NCBI GenBank assembly: GCA_038065415.1
Contig: JBBTRA010000001.1
Coordinates: 7,894-71,893 of the forward strand
Source: Patescibacteria group bacterium
GTDB taxonomy: Bacteria > Patescibacteriota > Minisyncoccia > Phycocordibacterales > PALSA-1337
DNA: 64,000 bases
Direction of reading: 5' to 3'
In this document: in pieces, positions 57,456-64,000 of the stretch
How positions within the stretch are numbered: position 1 is the first letter of the stretch
How the letters are laid out: each line of letters starts with the position of its first letter
Notes under the pieces: model-generated
What the model was told of the DNA's origin: nothing
Database searches by the model: none
Seen by the model: only the letters and a program-made list of their open reading frames with translations
Position numbers and translations under genes: made by a program

Positions 57456-58424
57456 TTACTCTCTCACTTTCGCGAGGAGCTTGATCACATCAGCATCTCT
57501 ATTGCCGCTACCAAGTACGATGATTGTATAGACATTCTTGTTCTTGCCGAGTGTGAAGAGTGCGACACTGGTACGATTGGCCTCAGTCGTATAGCCATTC
57601 TTGCCACCGATATAGTATGACCAGCTCAAAAAATGCGTCGGATTGACCCAGGTATGCGCACGCACGGTCTTGGTCTTGAGTGCCGTCATATCGATGATGC
57701 CGGGGTCATTTTTGCGGATCCAATCTATGATGAGCGTCAGATCATTTGCGCTCGAAACATTGTCAGGTGACAATCCCGATGGGTCTGCGAAGTAGGTGCG
57801 GTAGGCACCGATGGATTGCGCCCAATCATTCATAGCCTTGATGAACTTCTCGCGGCCATAGTCTTGGGCAAGCGCTTCGGCGGCATCATTGGAAGACACC
57901 ATGAGCAACGGATACATGAGGTCAGAAGCCTTGAATGTCTCCCCCACCTTGAAGTACGCCGTATTGCCGTAGGTTGCCATGATCTCACGCGAAATAGTGA
58001 CACGCTCGTCAGGATCGATGAACTCTCTGGCTATGACTGCAGTAGCAAGCTTGGTCAGAGAGGCGACGGGGAGCAATCGATCCGCATCATGCTCAATGGT
58101 CACATCACCCAAGGTGAGATTCTTCATGATGTACGACGTCGCAGTCACGCGATTGTCAGCGGCAAACGGCAAGGCCTGCGCAGCAGCATTGATGAGATCT
58201 TCTTCCTCACTCGCCGTATAGCGGATAGTACGCTTGCTACCTGATATAGATGTACCATCTATGGGTGAACTGATGGATGCTGCAACTGACGCCAGCGATA
58301 TTCCTTCGAAGGCCGGAACGTGCGCACGGGCAAAGCGCCATCCATATGCGGCACCGTACGAGACGCCGATGCCAGCGACGATGGCGAGAAGACCTCCGAT
58401 GATGATGGTGAAGAATTGTTTCAT
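57456..58424 (-). CDS. D-alanyl-D-alanine carboxypeptidase (serine-type, DacA/PBP5-like)
   Basis: It has a signal peptide and the SxxK (ASLTKL), SxN (SSND) and KTG-like (KNGYT) motifs. Confidence 0.75.
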   Translation of the reverse strand: MKQFFTIIIGGLLAIVAGIGVSYGAAYGWRFARAHVPAFEGISLASVAASISSPIDGTSISGSKRTIRYTASEEEDLINAAAQALPFAADNRVTATSYIMKNLTLGDVTIEHDADRLLPVASLTKLATAVIAREFIDPDERVTISREIMATYGNTAYFKVGETFKASDLMYPLLMVSSNDAAEALAQDYGREKFIKAMNDWAQSIGAYRTYFADPSGLSPDNVSSANDLTLIIDWIRKNDPGIIDMTALKTKTVRAHTWVNPTHFLSWSYYIGGKNGYTTEANRTSVALFTLGKNKNVYTIIVLGSGNRDADVIKLLAKVRE

Positions 58425-59342
58425 TTATTTGCCTTCTCTATAGAATACATTGGCACCATACCTCACGTCTATCGAGTCGAACTGAAGAGTCTCTCTTTTT
58501 GCACGAGCTTGGTCAACCATATGCTTCCAGAATGAGACAAGGTTGGCTGTCTGCTCTTCGAGGGAAGTAAGTGTATTGAAATAAATGACGACCGTGCTTG
58601 CGGCCGACGAAGCGGCGCCAACAGGAGGAGGATTGCGCGCATACAGCTCGTATTCCCTGTTTGCTTTGATCAGGATTGCATCGGACACGATCCCATTGGC
58701 GGAAGCTGTCGAATAGAGTTTCTCAAGTGCTTTGAACTCATCGCTCGAAGTTGCGCTCTTACCAACGACTGACTCTGTCGATGAAGCCTCAGATACGAGA
58801 TCAGGAACATAGTAGCGATGATAGATATTGCCCGTGAATGAAGGTGCCTTCTTGAATATATACCCTCCACCATCGGCAAAATAACAGGAACCTGGATCTT
58901 CGAGAGAGAGGTCTGTGCCGTTGAAGTCTGGCAATGTCACGCAGACGAGGGCGGCAGGCTCTTTCTCGACAATAGAGATATTCAATGTATGAGCACCATC
59001 ACGATCGATAGAAACACGCTCAACCGAGGCGAGCTGGTCTTTGATCTTGGCTACAATGGTGCGTTTTGGATATATGAGCGTATTGGCACGCGAAAAAATG
59101 CCCAAGTAACTGCCCTCCAAGGCACCGAGAGCCGAGGCACGAAGGGCGAGCTGTTCACTCTCTGCATCAATACCTGAGATGCGGACTGTCTCGATTGTGA
59201 GTGGACCAACACGAGAGAGCGCGGAAACAATATAGAGAAAACCCGCTACGAGAGCGATTCCGCCAAAAACACCCAGGAGCGTCCGTGCACGTCGCTTGGT
59301 GGTGAAGCTCTTGGACTGTCGTGATGCTCTGCGTGGAGGCAT
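58425..59342 (-). CDS. FtsQ/DivIB-like membrane protein with a POTRA-type domain
   Basis: N-terminal basic tail, a TM segment, then a POTRA-like region (TIETVRISGIDAES...RVSIDRDGAHTLNISIVEKEP). The gene abuts dacA and serS. Confidence 0.5.
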   Translation of the reverse strand: MPPRRASRQSKSFTTKRRARTLLGVFGGIALVAGFLYIVSALSRVGPLTIETVRISGIDAESEQLALRASALGALEGSYLGIFSRANTLIYPKRTIVAKIKDQLASVERVSIDRDGAHTLNISIVEKEPAALVCVTLPDFNGTDLSLEDPGSCYFADGGGYIFKKAPSFTGNIYHRYYVPDLVSEASSTESVVGKSATSSDEFKALEKLYSTASANGIVSDAILIKANREYELYARNPPPVGAASSAASTVVIYFNTLTSLEEQTANLVSFWKHMVDQARAKRETLQFDSIDVRYGANVFYREGK

Positions 59343-59344
59343 AG

Positions 59345-60607
59345 TTAGCCGATGACGCTCTTCCCCATATATTTCACGAGTGCATCGGGCACCTTGATCG
59401 TCCCATCAGCTTGCTGATAGTTCTCGATAAGTGAGACGAGGATACGCGGTGTCGGTATGGCGGTAGAGTTGAGAGAGTGAGCGTACTTCAGCTTGCCATC
59501 GGCGTCCTTGTAACGGATATTCAGTCGGCGTGTCTGGAAATCGTGGAAATATGAAGCGGAAGAAATCTCTCGATACGTACCTTCCTTAGGGACCCAGAGT
59601 TCGATGTCATATTTCTTGACCTGTCCCAGACCAAGATCGCCTCCACAATTGATGACGGTATGGTACGGAATACCAAGTGACTCAATGAAAGTCTCGGTAT
59701 TACGATTGAGCTCCTCATGATACTTGACTGAGGTTTCGTGATTGGCTTCACACAGGATGAGCTGTTCAAACTTGTAAAATTCATGGACACGGATGAGACC
59801 ATTGGTATCTTTGCCATGTGCTCCAGCCTCACGGCGGTAGCATGGTGAAAATCCGAGGTAACGCTTCGGTAGATCTCCGAGTGCCAGCGTCTCCTCTGCG
59901 TACATACCCATGAGTGGAACTTCGGCAGTGCCTGCGAGCGCATCACCATCCTGAGTCATATAGAAATCCTCGATGTCACCCGGGAGATGCGCAGTGCCGT
60001 ACAGATTGATCTTGCGTACGATAGTCGGAGGCATGACTGGCACGAAGTCCTTGGAACCGAAAAATTCGAGGGCGTAGTTCCAGATAGCGAAGCAAAGGCG
60101 TACACCATCACCGGTCAGATAGTACCCACGGAATCCGTGAACCTTGGATCCGCGCTCGAAGTCGACCATGCCGAGCTTGGTCATAAGCTCTACATGATCC
60201 TTGGGCTCAAATGCGAATGTCGGCTTGTCGCCCCACACCTTGATCTCCTTGTTGTCTGCATCAGTGTCGCCATCGGGTACAGACATATCAGGCACATTGG
60301 GGACGCGGAGCATGAGGCTCTGCCAATCGGTCATGATCTGCTTAAGCTCGGCTTCGTCTGCTTCCATGGCTGTTTTGACCTCTTTCATGGCAGCGATAAG
60401 TTTGGCACGCTCCTCTGGATTTTGTGCGCTTGCGATACCTGCGTTGGCAGCATTCTGCTCTGCGCGGCGCGTCTCAACGCTGGAGAGTACGGTACGGCGG
60501 CGGTCATCGAGGGCAATAAGCTCAGCGACATCAAATTTGACGTGCTTCTTCTTGGTGGCAAGCTCGATGATATCCTTGTTTTCGCGGATGAATTTGATGT
60601 CTAGCAT
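59345..60607 (-). CDS. serS: Seryl-tRNA synthetase
   Basis: It has an N-terminal coiled-coil arm and the class II motifs (FRREAGAHGKDTNGLIRVHEF, GGDLGLG). Confidence 0.9.
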   Translation of the reverse strand: MLDIKFIRENKDIIELATKKKHVKFDVAELIALDDRRRTVLSSVETRRAEQNAANAGIASAQNPEERAKLIAAMKEVKTAMEADEAELKQIMTDWQSLMLRVPNVPDMSVPDGDTDADNKEIKVWGDKPTFAFEPKDHVELMTKLGMVDFERGSKVHGFRGYYLTGDGVRLCFAIWNYALEFFGSKDFVPVMPPTIVRKINLYGTAHLPGDIEDFYMTQDGDALAGTAEVPLMGMYAEETLALGDLPKRYLGFSPCYRREAGAHGKDTNGLIRVHEFYKFEQLILCEANHETSVKYHEELNRNTETFIESLGIPYHTVINCGGDLGLGQVKKYDIELWVPKEGTYREISSASYFHDFQTRRLNIRYKDADGKLKYAHSLNSTAIPTPRILVSLIENYQQADGTIKVPDALVKYMGKSVIG

Positions 60608-60695
60608 GCGAATAGTGTATCATATTGATATCTTTTTTTGAATTTCTCCGGTTTCTGCGTGTGACTACCCTATTATCAATATAAGTTTAAATCTC

Positions 60696-60801
60696 AGCGG
60701 GATGTGACATGTGTTTTTTGTGTGGTTATGTCGTGTTTGTACACTACACATCAGTGAACCGTTCCGCATAACCACACAAAAAACACATGTCACATCCCGC
60801 T
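60696..60801. repeat. Perfect 35-bp inverted repeat with a 36-bp spacer in the serS/dprA divergent intergenic region
   Basis: The left arm (60696-60730) is AGCGGGATGTGACATGTGTTTTTTGTGTGGTTATG. The right arm (60767-60801) is its exact reverse complement. Confidence 0.9.
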
Positions 60802-60820
60802 ACGGTAACATCTTAAAATC

Positions 60821-61741
60821 ATGAACATACAAAAGATCAAAAGGAGAGACTACCCTTTCCTTCTAAAACAAATCCGTCAGTTGACTCCAGATATGGACAT
60901 TATCGGCACTATGCCGCCTGACGAATACAAATTCCTGTGTATCGTTGGATCACGAACCTACAGCACATATGGCAAAGATGCTTGTAAGAAACTTATTCTT
61001 GGACTGCGAGGATACCCAATAGTTATAGTATCAGGCTTAGCCGTGGGTATAGATTCTATTGCCCACGAAGCTGCTCTCGAAGCGGGACTAAAGACGATAT
61101 CATTTCCTGGATCAGGTTTGGATCCTTCAGTTCTATATCCATCTTCCAAGAGATACCTCGCTGAACAGATAATAAAAAGTGGTGGGGCGCTGATCTCACG
61201 TTTCAATCAACTGCAGAAATCAGATATCTGGACATTCCCTTCTCGCAACCGCCTCATGGCTGGCATATCCCACGCCACTCTCGTTATTGAAGGTCGGCAT
61301 GGATCAGGAACATTGGGTACTGCAAAATATGCAGAGGAATTCAACCGTGATGTACTCGCCGTACCCGGTCCCATCGATTCCGAACTGTCATACGGCCCTC
61401 ACATGCTCATCAGGCGAGGCGCAACTCCTATCACATCATCAGAAGATATTTTGGAGGCACTCGGGTTCACCGATACAACGAGATATGATGACGAAAAGAG
61501 AGTTCCGAAGAAACATTCACGAAGTAACAGAAGCACACAACTAACCATTAACCTCGACCAGATATCACTATCCCCTGACGAGAAAGCAATCTGCACCCTC
61601 ATCAAAGATGAAAGCCTCTCTGCAACTGAACTCATAGAGAAAACTTCCTTACCCGTATCGCTCTTCAACATCACCGTGACAGAACTAGAGATGAAAGGGT
61701 TCGTGAGCGAAGAGGGTGGAAGATACAGGATGATAAGGTAA
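60821..61741 (+). CDS. dprA: DNA-processing protein DprA (Smf)
   Basis: It has a Rossmann-like DprA domain (VSGLAVGIDSIAHEAAL...GTLGTAKYA) and a C-terminal wHTH. Confidence 0.85.
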   Translation: MNIQKIKRRDYPFLLKQIRQLTPDMDIIGTMPPDEYKFLCIVGSRTYSTYGKDACKKLILGLRGYPIVIVSGLAVGIDSIAHEAALEAGLKTISFPGSGLDPSVLYPSSKRYLAEQIIKSGGALISRFNQLQKSDIWTFPSRNRLMAGISHATLVIEGRHGSGTLGTAKYAEEFNRDVLAVPGPIDSELSYGPHMLIRRGATPITSSEDILEALGFTDTTRYDDEKRVPKKHSRSNRSTQLTINLDQISLSPDEKAICTLIKDESLSATELIEKTSLPVSLFNITVTELEMKGFVSEEGGRYRMIR

Positions 61742-61761
61742 CCATTTTTATATCCTGAGTT

Positions 61762-61790
61762 TTGACTTTGCATTTCAATGCTGTAATACT
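61762..61790 (+). promoter_or_regulatory. Candidate topA promoter: TTGACT, about 17 bp, TAATACT
   Basis: TTGACTTTGCATTTCAATGCTGTAATACT lies immediately upstream of the topA ATG at 61799. Confidence 0.4.
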
Positions 61791-61798
61791 TAGCTTCA

Positions 61799-64000
61799 AT
61801 GAAGCTCGTCATAGTCGAGTCACCGTCAAAATCAAAGACTATCACCAAATATCTCGGTGATGGTTTCGTAGTGCGTGCATCCGTTGGTCACGTACGCGAC
61901 CTCCCCAAGTCCAGCAAGAAAGCTATAGATATAGAAGGAGGATTCATTCCCCACTATGAAGTCGTCGCCAAGAAAGAGGCGGTCATTGCCGATATCGCCA
62001 TTCAAGCCCAGAAAGCTGACGAGATCATCCTCGCTTCCGACCCGGACCGCGAAGGTGAAGCTATCGCCTGGCATGTTGCAGAAGTATTGCGCGACCGTCT
62101 CGGCGCCTCCGTCAACAAAAAGCTCAAGCGCATCACCTTCCACGAGATCACCAAGGAGGCCATCCTCGATGCACTCGCCCACCCGCGCGAGATTGATGAG
62201 AATCTCAAAGAGGCTCAGGAAGCCCGTCGCGTCCTCGACCGTATCGTAGGTTACGACCTCTCGGGTCTCATCTGGAAAAAAGTCCGCTACGGACTCTCCG
62301 CTGGCCGCGTACAATCCCCCGCACTCCGCATAATAGTAGAGCGCGAACGCGAGATCAAAGCATTCATCCCCGAGACATACTGGGCTCTCGCCGGACAATT
62401 CAAAACCCCGAAGAACGAGATCCTCCACCTCATTTGCTCCAAGGAACCCCGTGATAAGAAAGAGGTCGACACTATTCTCGCCACAGCCAAAAAGGAAGAC
62501 TGGAAAATCATAGATGTTGAGGAGTCCGAACAGAAGAGGTCTCCTCGCGCCCCTTTCATCACCTCCACCCTCCAACAGGCAGCTAGCTCGCGTCTCGGCT
62601 TCTCCCCATCACGCACCATGGGTATCGCGCAGAAACTCTATGAGTCTGGAGCGATCACCTACATGCGTACCGACTCCACCAACCTGGGCCAACAAGCACT
62701 CGATCAGATAGGCAGCATCATCAAGAAAGAGTATGGCGAAAAATATATCTCATTCAGGAAGTATTCGGCCAAGAGCAAAAATGCCCAAGAAGCCCACGAG
62801 GCAGTGCGTCCAACTCATTTCGACAAACAGAACGCCGGCCACAACGACGAGCAGAAGAGACTCTATCGCCTGATCTGGCAGAGAGCAGTGGCATCGCAGA
62901 TGGCGGACGCCCAGCTGGCTCGTACCAAAATCATCGCCAATGTCAGTAGCGACAGCATTCCTGACTTCGAGGCTACCGGATCACGCATCCTCTTCGATGG
63001 CTGGCTCAAGGCCGATCCCGAGTCAAATGGTGAAGAAGTCACCCTGCCAAAATGTGCTCGTGATGAGAAGCTCGACCTGATCTCCGTCGATTCACAGGAG
63101 AAGCAGACTCTGCCACCTCCACGCTACACCGAAGCAGGCCTCATCAAAGAGCTTGAGAAGCGTGGCATCGGACGCCCATCGACATATGCTTCGATCTGCA
63201 AGACCATCGAGGACCGCGGGTATGTCGAGAAGGAGGGTCGTGCACTCAAACCTACCGATACCGGCGAGGTTGTTTCGTCATTCCTGGAAGAATACTTCCC
63301 TACCTACATCGGCGACACCTTCACCGCAGAGATGGAGGACAAGCTCGACGGCATCGCCAACGGCACACACAAATATCTCGCCACTCTCAAAGAATTCTAC
63401 GGACCATTCCACAAAGAAGTACTCTCCAAGGAGAAGGTCGCCAAAGCCACCGACCTCGGCGCTGCAGATCCAAAATTTATATGTCCAAAATGTGGTACCA
63501 CTCCTCTCGGAATCAAACTGGGTAGAAATGGCAAGTTCCTCTCCTGTACCCGCTACCCCGACTGCGATGGAGCCCTCACTCTCGAAGGTGTCGAATTCAA
63601 AAAAGATGAGCCGATCGGTACTGATCCAGCGACAGGACTCCCTATCTTCGTCTTGAATGGCCGCTTCGGTCCGTATGTTCAACTCGGTGTGAAGCCACCA
63701 AAGATCAAGAAAGTTCGCGTAAAGAAGCCAAAGAAACCCAAAGTCAAAAAATCAAAGAAAGGAGAGCCTGTCGAAGTGACCCCGACCGAAATCTCAGCCA
63801 CTGAGTCACCTACTGAACAAGTGCCCGCGCTAGAAGCCCTCGTCATTCCTGCGGTACCTGTGGTAAAGCCGCGCATGGCATCCATCCCCAAGACCATGGA
63901 CCCATCCAAGGTCACCGTCGCAGATGCACTCAAGTATCTCAGTTTGCCACGCAGCCTCGGTATCGATCCGAAGACCGGCTTTGATGTGATCGCCTCAAAT
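61799..64000 (+). CDS. topA: DNA topoisomerase I, with the 3' end outside the window
   Basis: It starts MKLVIVESPSKSKTITKYLG (TOPRIM) and has a catalytic Tyr region, a C4 zinc ribbon (CPKCG...CTRYPDC) and a Lys-rich tail. It runs to the window edge. Confidence 0.9.
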   Translation, partial: MKLVIVESPSKSKTITKYLGDGFVVRASVGHVRDLPKSSKKAIDIEGGFIPHYEVVAKKEAVIADIAIQAQKADEIILASDPDREGEAIAWHVAEVLRDRLGASVNKKLKRITFHEITKEAILDALAHPREIDENLKEAQEARRVLDRIVGYDLSGLIWKKVRYGLSAGRVQSPALRIIVEREREIKAFIPETYWALAGQFKTPKNEILHLICSKEPRDKKEVDTILATAKKEDWKIIDVEESEQKRSPRAPFITSTLQQAASSRLGFSPSRTMGIAQKLYESGAITYMRTDSTNLGQQALDQIGSIIKKEYGEKYISFRKYSAKSKNAQEAHEAVRPTHFDKQNAGHNDEQKRLYRLIWQRAVASQMADAQLARTKIIANVSSDSIPDFEATGSRILFDGWLKADPESNGEEVTLPKCARDEKLDLISVDSQEKQTLPPPRYTEAGLIKELEKRGIGRPSTYASICKTIEDRGYVEKEGRALKPTDTGEVVSSFLEEYFPTYIGDTFTAEMEDKLDGIANGTHKYLATLKEFYGPFHKEVLSKEKVAKATDLGAADPKFICPKCGTTPLGIKLGRNGKFLSCTRYPDCDGALTLEGVEFKKDEPIGTDPATGLPIFVLNGRFGPYVQLGVKPPKIKKVRVKKPKKPKVKKSKKGEPVEVTPTEISATESPTEQVPALEALVIPAVPVVKPRMASIPKTMDPSKVTVADALKYLSLPRSLGIDPKTGFDVIASN

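Noticed and set aside
1-64000. CRISPR arrays, integrase, transposase or toxin-antitoxin pairs
   Set aside because: I scanned for regularly spaced direct repeats and for integrase or transposase signatures. None was found. The only conspicuous repeats are the 35-bp inverted repeat at 60.7 kb, the CCCCTAG cluster at 12.1 kb and the short TCTTTGAGC direct repeats flanking the island.

Overview
This 64-kb window is a mostly minus-strand, gene-dense chromosomal segment from an unidentified bacterium. It uses the standard genetic code, averages about 50% GC with clear low- and high-GC patches, carries a Gram-positive-type LexA box and a split transketolase, and encodes a type IV pilin and a PEP-CTERM protein.

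The core content is housekeeping, and the gene identities below were called by eye from conserved motifs in the ORF translations:
- DNA repair: uvrA (partial, runs off the 5' edge) and uvrB.
- Pentose-phosphate/glycolysis cluster: gap, uppP, rpiB, rpe, then transketolase split into N- and C-terminal subunit genes.
- Other housekeeping: pyrD, a lexA operon, truD, RNase R, dnaX, tRNA-Gln(TTG), a Dus family tRNA-dihydrouridine synthase, a DacA-like carboxypeptidase, an FtsQ-like protein, serS, dprA and topA (partial, runs off the 3' edge).
- Transport: a MacAB-like tripartite ABC exporter and an SsuABC/NitT-TauT-type ABC importer.

Accessory or unusual content:
- (a) A three-gene minus-strand operon at 24.7-28.8 kb: an ARC/Mpa-family (proteasome-associated-ATPase-like) AAA+ protein, an XpaC-like membrane protein and a TelA-like coiled-coil protein. 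No proteasome or Pup genes are nearby.
- (b) An AT-rich island of about 3.3 kb abutting the 3' end of tRNA-Gln. It carries a DUF4238-family protein (a family listed as a single-gene anti-phage system), an overlapping protein with a transmembrane segment and a C-terminal zinc ribbon, and an APH-family kinase.
- (c) Two substrate-binding-protein/OmpA-domain fusion proteins flanking a VWA-domain lipoprotein (30.7-34.9 kb).
- (d) A TauD-like dioxygenase, a possible ATP-grasp enzyme and a DUF1801 protein in a row (47.6-49.9 kb).
- (e) Several promoter-plus-terminator-bounded non-coding RNA candidates.
- (f) A degenerate tRNA-like element surrounded by CCCCTAG repeats.
- (g) A perfect 35-bp inverted repeat between serS and dprA.
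- (h) Two high-GC orphan genes, each with its own consensus promoter and terminator.

No CRISPR array, integrase or transposase was seen.
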